NCBI GenBank assembly: GCA_001724265.1
Contig: MEDY01000042.1
Location: 248,001-312,000 of the forward strand
Direction: 5' to 3'
Length of the DNA stretch: 64,000 bases
From: Rhizaria sp. SCN 62-66
Lineage: Eukaryota
The translations under genes were made by a program, and so were the position numbers. The notes below the pieces were generated by a model, which ran no database searches, had not been told where the DNA came from, and saw only the letters and a program-made list of their open reading frames with translations. Shown piece after piece: positions 22,389 through 34,443 of the stretch. Within the stretch, counting starts at the first letter, position 1, and the number at the start of each line of letters is the position of its first letter.

Positions 22389-23419
22389 TCACGCATCCGT
22401 ATCGGTCTGCGAGCCGTATGTGGCGTGCCCGGCGTCGCCCGCGGCGCCCGCCTTGCCGCCGCAGACCTTGCTCTTGGTGAAGAGGCAGCCTGCCTTGACG
22501 TTGTCAAGGCATGCGGCCCACATGGCCCGCTGCGGGCACGCCTCGAGGCCGAGCTTGGCCCCGCGCCGCTTCCAGTTGTACAGACAGCCCAGCGCGACGT
22601 AGACGAACGAGACGGAGAGCAGGATGATGATGAAGATCCAGCCGCCCGAGAGCCCTGAGTCGGCGGAGGCGGGGCAGCCGGCCGGGTGCTGCTGGGTGAA
22701 CTGGATGTGGTAGGGGTTGTTGGTGACCAGCGTCGACTTGGCCTCGCCGGCGGCCTTGGAGCAGGTGAGCGTGATAACGAGGGTCATGGCGCCGTAGAAG
22801 TCGTCCTCCAGGTTGCTGATCTCCAGCTCCACACCGTTCGGGATCGTCTTGGCGATCGAGATGTCGTCCTGAGTTTGGAAACGCGCGAGCGAGACGTAAT
22901 CGCTGTTGTCGGGGGTGATGCAAAAGGCAGCCTTGTCCGTCGTGCACCGCGGGGTGACCGGGGCAAGGCCGCAAAAGCGGTAGTGGAGGCGGAAGCGCTC
23001 GTCGGGCAGCGCGGCCGCGGTGAGCGCGGTTGAGGAGGAGGAGTTGGAGAGCTTCTCAGAGTGGTAGGGGTCGCTGGAGGGGGAGTTAGAAAAGGCCTGG
23101 GCCATTCCGATAATGAAGATCTCCTTGCTCAACGAAGAGAAATCAAAGCGGTCGCCTGTAGTGGAATGATAAACCATGGTGGGAACACGTAAGCGATGTG
23201 TTAGACGAGTAAATATGCATTTGCAGGAAAAAAAAAAGGGCGATGACGCAAGAAGGAGCTTGACTAATGGTCACGTTGCCGTGCGTATTAATAAGCCGCT
23301 TTATACCTATACTACTGTACAGTACCTTCTTTGGTAATAACGACACATCCGGCCGTAACAGGGCTCACAAGCGCCACCGCGGCAAGGGCAAATGCGAGTA
23401 AGACAGTAGACCAACGCAT
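22389..23419 (-). CDS. ATG27 / cation-dependent mannose-6-phosphate-receptor-like type I membrane protein; exons 23419-23326, 23155-22389, ~286 aa
   Basis: Signal peptide MRWSTVLLAFALAAVALVSPVTAG and an MRH-like luminal domain (C...GDRFDFSSL, HYRFCG, ITLTC, HPAGCP). These are followed by GLSGGWIFIIILLSVSFVYVALGCLYN (TM helix) and the tail GLEACPQRAMW...VKAGCLF, typical of the family. Confidence 0.8.
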
Positions 23420-23839
23420 CGAACGAGAGAGGCTCGGCTTGCGCTGTGGTTGCGAGGTAAGGAGGGGGATTACGTGCTTTGTTGTGAGACGAGGAAAATG
23501 AAACAGAAGGTGTAATTTACGGAAAATGTAGGACATACAATTTAATCTCCATACACTGAATTGCAATAGAAAAGACGATCAATCTACAGAGTACACTTCT
23601 GTTTCTTCTCGGCGCGACGTCGTTTTCGGCGGCCAAGGGGTCCCTCTGTGTTCAGATTGACTGACTGCAAAATGCCGCCTCATAACAACACCAAATCTTC
23701 GCAAGTGACGCTAATCTTGGCGTATCTTATGCATTTTTTACACAAAAACACCATATTTCAATTATATCTCATATAACTTTCTTTATCGCTTGCAGCAGCA
23801 GGTCCCTTCCCCCAGTCTGGCCACCGCCCCACCCGCCCC

Positions 23840-26800
23840 ATGGCTTCCCCCGCGCCCCCCGCGGCGGCCCACGGCGCCCTCAGCGGCGGCAGCGGCGCCG
23901 GCGACGGGCCCGCGTTTGCGCCCGTTACGCGCGTGCTTACCCCGAGCCACTACGCCGCCGTGCTGGCCCTGGCACCGCGCCTGCCCCGCTTCTTCGCAGC
24001 GCTCGGCACGCTGGATCTCTTCGCTGCCGCTGCAGTGCTTACGGAGTGTCCCTCGCTGCCCGTTGCTGCGCACGGCCACGGCGCAGTTGCAGTGGCGCCG
24101 CGCACGTGGCAAGAGATAACGTCATCGCTGACGCAGTTGTTGCGGTGCGTGTCGGTGTATTACCGGCACGTGTTCATTCAGACGCGCCGCGCCAACGACG
24201 TCACGAAGATGTTCTCACAGACCGCGATCGCGCTGCATTATCTCATCGGGGCGTTTTCAACCGCCGTCGAGATGACCAACGCGTACCGCTCCACTTACAC
24301 CATGAACAACAATAACAACACGCACATCAATGGCGCCAATAGTCCTCTCAGCAAGAGCCCTAACGCCGCGACAGAGGCCGTCGACGCGACGATCGCGATG
24401 CTAGACTCGTCCCTGACTCTGCTAGCGTCTGCTTCATCGATCACGCACACGTTTTCGTCCGTGATGCTGCTGTATAAGGCTCTCGCGGACGCGTGCCAGC
24501 AGGGCCCAGCGCTCACGGTCACCCCGCACGCCGTGTCCTCGAGAACGCATGGGGCCTCGGCGGCGCACTCAGGCGCGGCACATGTGGGCACCGGTGCCAG
24601 CTCCTCCACTGGAACGGCTGCAAATGCGAACACCGTCCACATGACGGCGGCGGCGCAGTCAAGCACTCCCAGTCGGACGCCGACTGCGAGTGGCAACATC
24701 ACCAGGAACAACAGCAGTAACAGTATTAGCAGTTTCAACGACAATTTCACCGGAACTGGCAGTGTTTACATTGCAGGTCGCTATAGCGAGAACTCTGCAT
24801 ATGTGAGCTCTAATTCAAACATGAGCTCTAACGCAAGTAGCGGAACTCAGGCAAGTACACATGCTGGTATGAATGCAAGTACGCAGGCTCGTTCGCACGA
24901 CACACACAGTGGCAGTGTCGGGATGACGCGTGCTGATCAGCTCGTGAACAGCATTGAAGCACGGCTGGTGCAGCTGCGGTCGCAAGGGCAGCAGCTGCGC
25001 TTACAGTTGCTGCCCAGGAACAACAACAGCAGCAGCAACAGTGCCAGTATGTTACAGTCACAGTCTGACATTGCCAGCACTTGTACCGGCGACCGGGGGA
25101 AGCAGCGGCAGCAACAGCAACAACAGCAAGAGCTAGAGCAAGAGCAGGAGCAGGAGCAGCAGCTGCAGCAGCTGCAGCAGCAACAACGCGAGCGGCGTGA
25201 CCATGAGCAGCACCAACAGCACCAACAACAGCAGCTTCAGTCTCGCTCGTCTCTTGGCGGGCGGCTTAACTTCCACAACCCGCGGTTAAACTTGGCCAAC
25301 CGGCATATCAGGGGGTATGGTGTTGGTCCGACTGCAGCAACAGCAACCGAAAACACCGTATTGTCAATGTCATCTGCAAACGCGCCGAGTAGCAATACCA
25401 CGACCAACGCAGCGATCACTAGCTCTGACATGTACGCTGAGAGCTCATCAGTCGCTCTTGTCAGCCCCGTTAACAGTCGCTCTAGCAGCGCTATGAGCGT
25501 TAACGACGCCTCCGATTTCACTGCGCAGGCGCAGCAGTTGCAGGCGCAGCAGGCACAGGTGCAACCGCAGTCGCTGCTCATGATGGCGGGGCCGAATGCG
25601 CCGCTGCCACCCACAGTCGCCGGGATCACGGTCGCAGCGAACAGCAGCAACAACAACAACAATAACAACATCGATTTCGACTTTGCAGTGTCTAATGTCA
25701 CCGGCGACAGTGCTCTGCTCACAGTCGCTGATGTGCCCACGGTCCCTTCGGCCATCCCCCCAACAGTGCCTCTGTCCAGCGTCATCATCACTGTGCCAAA
25801 CCCAGTTGCGAATAGTAATACTGGCGTGAGCACTACTAAGATCAATAACAACGCCAGGAGTCGTGTACATGTCAACACCGACCAAGATGCTGCGGCGATT
25901 GCGGCTGACACTGCTGTTGGTGCCGTGAAGCAAGAGAAAGTTGCTTCAGCCACGCTGTCTCGGCTACTGGCGCTGAGCGCTGGCATTAATACCGGCTCTG
26001 AGCTGCTTGATCCTGCCCTCGTTATTGGTAAAGAGGAGACGCTAGCCACGCAAATCCTTACTCACGACGACAAACTCGTCGCGCTCAGTGCAACTCTCAG
26101 CGCCCCCTTACCCAGCGCGAGTCTAAGCAGGTACTTGCACACCCGAGCGGCGGCCCTTACCCGCGCGCTCGCGCTCGCGCGCGCACTGCAGCGGCGGCAG
26201 CGGCTGGCGCTGTACGGCGCGGCTACTGCGGCGGCGGTGCTGGAGCTCGCCGTGCCGGGTTTATTAGGCGGACACAGTGCGCTGGACAGACTGGCGACGC
26301 ATGTTGCGGCTGAGGTTAACCTGATTCGGCGCGCCATCGGGCTATACGTACGTTTTCACGATATTTTCCGCTAGTTTTATTATATCTTCATTTGGAACAC
26401 TATGATTGTTGGTTTATGCTATTTATGAAGGCTATCTGATTTTGCTTTTGTCTTTCGCTTCATTTCTGGTATTGTGTGCAGATTTTGATGACTGAGCATG
26501 CTTCTCAAAAGTTGTTGTTATCTCTTACGCTGACGCGTACAAAGCTGCTACACTGGCTGTTAACGCTTGTTACGCCTTCGAATATCAACGGCGCTGTTCT
26601 GTCTGCCCTAGATCTAAATGTTTCCAGTGGTGTAAATGTCCAAACCCCCCTAGACTTAGACATCTACGAAATCCCTCCCTTAGACAGCTACCTTGGCCGC
26701 AACATGTACTACTTGCCTGCCGATAACAGCAGCGACATTAACAACGGCAGCAAAGTTAGGTCGCCGCTGCCGTCCCCCACTTACCCTGGCACTTACCCCA

Positions 26801-29800
26801 GTACTCGCCTGAACCACACGAACACGCTGGGCGATAGCTCGAATCCCAATGCGAATACCGCTGTTACGATGACTGCAGCAGGAGCAGCAGCGACAGGAGC
26901 GGCAAGGCCGATGCTTCCGGCGTGTTTTTCCTTCTTCTCGTTCTTCCTATCGAATGTTGCCGCGCGTACCACGCTTTTATCTCACCCTGCCCTCTCAGCT
27001 CACGTGTTGCGGCCGCTGACCGCGCTTTTGCCGACTCCACCAGCCCCCGCGATGCCAATCAGCAGCGCTAGCGCCGGCGCAAACGGCGGCAAGAGCGCTG
27101 TTGCGAGTCCCCAAAGCCCCCATCTGCACCATAACCACCACCATTACTTCAGTAACTCTAGTGCAAGCGCGGGAAGCCCGAACAACACGGCAAGAAGTCT
27201 CAACACAGCTGCGGCGGCAGTGAACCCGTCTCCGACCGCAGTTGCGCCAGTACTGGCACCGGCCACATCAACATCAGCAGCGGCATTAGCGGCGGCTATA
27301 ACTGTGCCGATCGCGCCCGGCTTCGCTGCGACCGCGGCCGCCGCGACCGCCCACAGTCGCCTGCTGCCGCTGCTGTCATACCGCGCGCGCTCGGCGCTGC
27401 TGCCGCCGCTGCAGACGCCGCTGCTCGTGCCCGTGACCGAGGCCGCGGCGGTGGCGGAGGCGCTGGCGCTGTGCGCGCTCGGCAGCGGCGGCAGCGGCGG
27501 CGGGGCGACTAAGTACCACAGTCGGGGTACTTACATGGGTAAGGGGGATGATACTGCGCCTCTGAGTGGCGGAAGTGACGCAGTGCCATATGGCAGTCAC
27601 CAGATCAGTGTCACTGGCCGTAGAAACGTAAGGAAGGGTGTCGTTGAGCCACCGATGTCGTTAGCTGGCTTTGCTGCTGCGGCTGCCGCGTCATCAAGTA
27701 CCGCAGCGACTAATGCCGCAAACATTCCCACTACAAACACGCACAGCTCCAGCGTCAACACAGGAGCTAACGCGATTACGAGCACTCGCAATAATAAGAA
27801 CAACGGAACCCACTTTAACTTTGGTATTGGTGGTTCTGGTGATAATACGCCTGATATTAATGCTAATGCTGCTGCTTTGACGAGTCCGTCGAAGCACTTG
27901 CAGTCACAACCGCAGGCCGCAACGACTCCGAAGAGCAGCGCGAGTAACCATGCGAACGTGAGCGCAAACGCTGTTGCTTCGAATACCGCGTTGCTGAACA
28001 CGAATGTCACAACTCTGACCACGTTAACAACCACTGCAGCGACCGTGGCGACAGTACTGTCACCCGAGCTGCTCATCGTCAGCAGCAACAACTCCGACCT
28101 GACTAGTAGCGCGACCGACCAAAGCTTACTCGTAGCCCCGGGAGTCAGCGATGACACTGTAAGTGCGAACAATGTAAGTCCCCTGGGTGATGGGTGGTTT
28201 ACAGTGCCCTTCAACAACCCTCGACTTTTCGACAGCTCAGAGGAGTCTAAGTGCCAAGGATACTTAGATTCGCAGAGAGTTGGTGGGATCAACCGCAACG
28301 ATAGTGATGCCATTGATGGCGCTTTCACTGAAGACGTCAGCGGGTTGATTTGGGGTCTCGATGCAACCCCTTTGCTTGAAGATGATGAGAAAGATCCGAA
28401 TTCCAACGGCACTCTTAACATTAGTGCGCTCGCTAATGTTGCCACGGGTGTCGACCCAACCGCGCAGCCTCAGCCTCAGCCTCAGCCTCAATTTCAATCG
28501 CAGTCTCAACCTCAGACCCAGACCCAAGCGCTGTCGCAGTCGCAAGCTCCACAGTCGTTGCCGCTGCCTCTGTCTCACTTGGCGCTGCACTTGCCCACCA
28601 CGCACCTCTGGTCGCACCCGGCCTCGGTCGTCCCTGGCCTCACGGCGGCGTACGCTAACCCGCAGACGTTCGCGGTGGCCGCGGACGCGCAGTCGGCCGT
28701 ACTGTCGGTGCGCAGCGGCTCGCACCTCGTCATGCTGCCAGCCGCGGGGGCGACCAAGGAGCGCGAGCGGGAGAGGCTGCTGGAGAAAGAGCGAGAGAAA
28801 GAACGCGAGAAAGAGCGTGAGAAGGAAAAGGAGAAGGAGAAAGAGCGTGAACGTAGGATGTCGAATGCAAATCCCACAGCTGCAGCTGTCGACTCTTCGA
28901 TTCACGATCATGCTCTTAGTCTTAACGGAACTGCAGCGAGCAATGATAACGTATATAGTGCCACTCCTGGCGTTGAAAGTGGCGAGATTATAAGTGGCTT
29001 CGACACGGAGGATTCCATGGCCAATGTTGCTTTGACGCTGCCTCTAACGTCACTGCTCGCTCAATTGCGCAGTTCTTTGCCTTTCACAGCGCCATCAAAG
29101 CTGCTTTTAGTTACAGCCGCTGCGTTGGCCGCCGCCACCGCACCTTCAGCACTCGCGCCTGCGCCAGCGCCTGCGTATATGCACGCTTACGATCTAAGTA
29201 CTGCGAGCGCAAACAAGGGTCTGGGTTCAGGTGCAAGTGCCGCCAGCAATAGTGCCACCACCAGTGCATCTGAGCGCCTACCTTTCAGTACCTCTAGCAC
29301 TCCTGTCGCGAGCGCAAGTGTAAGTAGCCCGCCGCCGGTGATTGCAAGTGCATCCGTTAATGTAGGTAGCAGCGCTGTGCGCGAGTTTGAAAACACACGG
29401 CTTGAGGCAATCGTGTTTTTGCGCGCTGCCTACGAGTACTACTTGCAATACCAGCAGCAACAAAAACAAGAGCAGGGCCTGTCACAGCCGCAGAAACAGC
29501 AACACAGTATGTCTTTGCTGTTCTCCGTGTGGGACATTTTGTTCAACGGGCGCTGCTTTTCCCTCATCTCCCGGCTCTTCAGCTGGCTGCAACACGCTTT
29601 GGACTGCGAGATGCAGCAGCAACAACAAAAGCAACTGCAGCGTCAGAATGTTGCGCGCATGCCATCGCAGTCGAAGGGCCGCCGCGGCAGCACGCTCACA
29701 CCGGCGCCAGGGGTACTCAGAGCGGGCAGAGACTCGGCCAGCGCTTCTGCCGCCACGTCGGCAACAACTGCTTTTGACTCTGTTACGGATGCGAACCTCA

Positions 29801-32580
29801 ACACTGCCAATCTCAACACAGCGAATCTCAGTGCTGCTGCAAGTGCGACCCAAGGCGTTGCGCAGACTCCGAAACTGACTAGTGCGAGCTCAAGTAGCGC
29901 TAACAATAATATCCGTGTTGCAGCTGCCGCGTCTGCTGTTCCGACTTTCGACCAGACATCAAAGTCCCCGGTCACATCTAAGGATCAAAAAGACATGATG
30001 TCAGTCTCTGCTGCTTTGGCGGCGACCGCGACCTCGTCTAAGTACCTTCCGCCTCTTAGATCCCTTCTCAGCACTTACAAGCCCGAGTTCAAGAACCAGT
30101 TCACGTCGCTCGGCAACAACTACCACGCGAGTCTGGCCCGGTTCTACCTCATGCACGCGCTCCCGACTCGCGCCCCTGCGACTGCGCCGACTGGCCACAA
30201 CAACAACAGCAGCAGCAGCAGCAGCTTGAACGCCGCTGGCGCGAGCGCTGCGAGCTCTGGTGGGAACGCTTCCGGCGCTCATGGCACTAGCGACGGCGAC
30301 AGCGATAGAGATGACAGCAGCGACAGTTACGGCGACGGCAATAGCAGCGGCAATCGCGGTGCCGGCAGCAGTGCGTTTGACAGTGACGCTGACAGCGACT
30401 GTGACGGTGCGCGTAATGCAGAGATGAAGGCGTCGATTGCTGGCCACCCGAACGCGATTCTGTTTATCGGTCTTTTCGCTGACTGTGATTACTACGACGA
30501 CAACGATAAGAATAACAATGCTGTAAGTCGGAAGCAACACAAGCCGAGTTGTCCCTACTCCACCACCAGTCTGGGTCTGGGTGAAAGCAATGGAGGTGCC
30601 CGTCAGTCAACCCAGTACATCGACAAACTTTTTCGCCACCTTGTCCGTCATTCTATGCTTTCGCCATGGCCAGCAACAGCAACAACAGCTGCAGCCACGG
30701 TAACGCGCAAGAGCGGTCCGTTTACCAGCCGTCGTGACGTAACAGAGAGTGGATCGAGCGCCAAGAAGATGGCCCGGAAAGCCCACACGCAAGGCGGAGC
30801 GAGTCGCGAGTCGAAGTACATGCGGCCCACTCATAGCTACAGCCGCCGCAGCGTCACCGTGAGCACCTCGAGTGAGAGTGAGAACCCGTTACTCAGTGGA
30901 CCTTCGCTGTACTCAATCCCGCGGAGCAGCAACAACAATAATAACAGCTTGGGCAATGCGGTGGCTGGTGCTAGTTCCATCGCGCATAAGAATGCTGTTT
31001 TACCTGAGTTCTTTGGTTCTTTCAAGCTTCTAACCGCTATCCCTGCTCCTCCTGCTGCTTGCCACTACCCTGACATCCTGCAAGTGTTGCTCCGCGCGAG
31101 GCCGCCTCGGGCACGGCTTAACTTTGAAACACAGGCCGCATACGGCGTCAGTGATAAGGGCCAAGTGACAGCAGTGGCACCGAATGCAAGTGACAGCACT
31201 GCTGGTGATTGTGATTGTGCCGGTAGCACGAGTCGCCGGAGTGAGTACGGACGGCAGCATCCGCAACAGCAACAGCCAGGAGCAGCGGCAACAACAACGA
31301 GGACGACAGCGTTAACTGCGGGCACGATTCCGACGTACGATGACTATCCTGCTTTTGCCTCAGCTGACAAAGCGAACTCTTCGCAGCCTGCCACACTCAC
31401 TGAGTTTCTGCGAACAGCGTTGGTGCCTTCTGTGGGCTATCATTACACACCTAATCACACCTACACTGTCACGATTCCGACTACCACGAGTCATACGTTC
31501 GCTAACAACGCTAACACCAACGCAGCCAGTAACACCGATGGCAGTGCCGTCGCTGCTGGTCTCAGGAACGGGTTTTTGTCTCCGATGACGTCAAGTTCAG
31601 GAACACACAACGCGCACGGAAGCATTTCTTACAATAACCCCCACTTTTTTACTCCGACTGGCACTCACGCGAACAGCCACACTTCCACTTACTCGAGCAA
31701 TAGCAACACAGCTTCTGCGTCTCCTGTTGCTTCTGTTGGCACAAGTGGCACCCGTGCCGGTTTTGTCTCTGTTACTGTCACGTCGACCGCAACGGCGGCT
31801 GTGCCGTACCACTTTTACCCCACAACGCTGCCGCCACCGCCTCCGCAGCCGCCGTTGCCGCATTCTATCGCCTTCACACAACCGCCCAAGAGCGCCAATA
31901 CTGATGGTAGCAGCAAAAATGCAGCGGCTGCAACAGACTCCGCCGCTGCCGCAGCTAATGAGGGCGCAAGTGGCAGTGCAGGTAAGAAGAGGAGCGGTCT
32001 CAGCGGCTTCTTCTCGAGTCTCTTCGGTGGCAGCGGTACAGCTGGGAGCAGCGCCAGTTCAACTACTTCGAGCGCCCACGCAAGTAGTTCGGGCAGTTTG
32101 GCTACTCCTGCTCCTCTCAACGATAACAATGCCGGTAGCTTGAGCGGGAGTGCCAATCTCTCACCTTTCTCCTTTATGTCACCCGCGGCAGCCAACAACA
32201 CACAGACTATCGCGACCACAGCGGATTCCACTGCGACTGACACAGGTCTCGGCGCCCCGAGCGGCGACAACCTCGACGTGCTCCGTCAGCGCCACGCCGC
32301 CGCGCTGCTCGCGCGTCTTCAGTCGCAGGGCACGCTGTTGGAAAGCCAAGCCGCCGCTCTCGAGGCGGCAGTGGCGCAGGCGAACCTGGGCCTCGTGCCC
32401 GGGGCCGGCGAGTCCGGCCCCCGGCCGTGGGTTGTCGCGCAGGTCGACGAAGGAACGTACTTGGTGCTTGCACTTAGGCCCGGAATGCGGCCGAAGGATG
32501 TCAAGCTAAGTGAGTTTGAGAAGATTGTGGAGAAGATGAGGTTTAAACTCCAGATTGAGACGATGAGGAACAAACGGTAA
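23840..32580 (+). CDS. KICS2: KICSTOR subunit 2 (C12orf66)-like protein, greatly expanded; exons 23840-26347, 26482-32580, ~2868 aa (possible extra 5' exon 23672-23704)
   Basis: Ordered islands resemble C12orf66 as I recall it: LPRFFAALGTL, TWQEITSSLTQLLRCVSVYY, LLLSLTLTRTKLLHW, NYHASLARF, FKLLTAIPAPPAACHYPDILQVL (cf. HWPNVIMIM) and C-terminal VVAQVDEGTYLVLAL. The intron is phase-0 GTACGT...TGCAG. The CDS itself is well supported; the family assignment is from memory only. Confidence 0.55.
28759..28853 (+). repeat. Purine-rich coding repeat encoding (E-R/K)n
   Basis: GAGCGCGAGCGGGAG...GAGAAGGAGAAAGAGCGTGAACGT translates to ERERERLLEKEREKEREKEREKEKEKERER. Confidence 0.8.
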
Positions 32581-33066
32581 CAAGATATCTTTCTAACATG
32601 TACATAGATTTTTTGACGTTTTATAGCTATAGGGCAATCACAAATACATATTTATTGCTTATTTTATGAAAAATCGAATTGATTCGCATTAATTTCGGCA
32701 CTTTTCCAAACATTTTGCACCAGTCTCGTGGGGTCGATGGCGCCGCGCGTGCTGGTCAGTGTTCTGCGGTTTGCAGTTTTTGTTTTCTAACGCGATCTCG
32801 ATTGAAGTTGAGTTTCCGTTTCACGCGCTGTGTTTCGCTTCTGCGATCGTTAAGTGGTTCACAACTCTGTGATACCAACTGAAAAGTCTATTAGGTATTG
32901 ATGACACGTTATCGTATCTCTCATCTGCGCCTTTATCTTTCTGAATATCCTCATTTTGTGTGGTCCTCTTGCCCCCAGTCGCGCGACTCGTCTTCCACAC
33001 TTCCGAGCGTTCCCCAAGCCGGATTTCCCGCTTCTCAGTCGCTTCTAGTGCTGCTTCCCGCGCACC

Positions 33067-34412
33067 ATGAGCTTTAATGCTGCCAGTAACGCGAGTAGCG
33101 CCGGAGGTTCCGCCCCGCCGCCCCCCGTGCCCCAGAGGCCCCCTCGTATCCCGCCTCGCCCTGACACCAGCAGCAACAACAACTCCCAGTCTCAGTCTCA
33201 GCAACAGCCTCATACGGCGAGCAACAACAGCGACAGCAACAGCTACAACCCTGAGCGTTCTACTGCCAGCGCGGGCGCGGTGTCTAACAATTACAGCACT
33301 GCCCCGTCCCGTTTTCCCCCCGCCTTCAGTCCTCCCGCCGCACCCAGCAGCAACAACAACGCCGGTGTCGGCGTGTCGCCGCTGCTCTACCAGCCCGACC
33401 CCAAGGTCAACCTCGCCCCTCCGCCCAGCTACGATACTCTGTTGTCGCCCTCCGCGAACCCCAACGCTGGCTCTACCGCGGTTGGCCTGACCGTAACCGC
33501 CCCCGCAGCAGCAGTGCCCGTCGCGCCCGTACCAGTGCCGGTCCCTGTGTCTGCGCTCTGCCCGGCCGCCCCCGCGCCCGCGCCCGTGCCACCGACGCCT
33601 TCGTCGCTGCCGCCGCTTGTGCAGGGCAATCTGGACCGCATTCTGGAGCACGTGCTGCTCACGCCCACGTGCCCCGTCCCTCTGACAACCACGGTCACGA
33701 AGAACGACAATGTCACCAGCGCGCACCCTTCCAAGTCTGCCTCTGCTAGCAAGACCAGCACCGCGAGCTCTAGTGTTAATGCAGGCGTTTTATCTTCCCT
33801 TGCTGCTGCAGAATCAGCGCTGTCGCCGTCGTTTCTGTGCCCCATTTTCGCCACGACCTTCAACCCCGCGCGGCAGCCCGTGGCGTCGTCGTTGCCATCC
33901 TACCCCGCGCCCGTCCCCGGCGGCCCTGACCTCGACTCGCCGCGCATTTTTTCGGTTCCGCGCCCCGAGGGCTCGAGCAGCGCGATCGACCTGGCGCGCG
34001 CCTCGTGGCTGCCGTTCCGCGGGCGCCGCGTGTTCGCCGACGGGTACGGAAACCTTCTCTCGCCGCCCGCGCCCGCTCCGACCACACTCGCTCAGAGTAG
34101 CAGTAACGTCAGCGGTGGCGGTGCGAACAAGGCGGGTCGCGGTGGCCCTGCCAGTGCTGCGGGCCCCGAGGACGCCGCTGCTGAGAGGCCCGAGGCTGAG
34201 GATGAGGAGTCGAAGCAAAGCGCTAACTCTGGTAGCAACAGCAAATGCGGCGCGAGTTACAGCGAGGACGAGTCTAAAGGCAGCGGTACTTACACCGGCG
34301 GCGAGTACTTACGCCGTTTCCCTCGGTATGACGAAGGCACTGGCTTGCAGTTCGACACTGCCACACAGTCATGCACTCCCGCGCAACTCCCCGCAACCCT
34401 CACTAACATCAG

Positions 34413-34443
<31 letters not shown>

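Noticed and set aside
1376-22391. TGA reassignment or selenocysteine
   Set aside because: TGA ends PRPF4 and the ATG27-like gene at plausible C-termini, occurs as tandem TGA TGA at 21312-21317, and is never internal to a conserved domain.
23672-23840. Apparent frameshift at the 5' end of the KICS2-like gene (ATG 23672 spliced to CAGCAGCAG enters the wrong frame)
   Set aside because: An alternative acceptor at 23815 (TCCCTTCCCCCAG) joins in frame, or translation starts at 23840, so no frameshift is needed.
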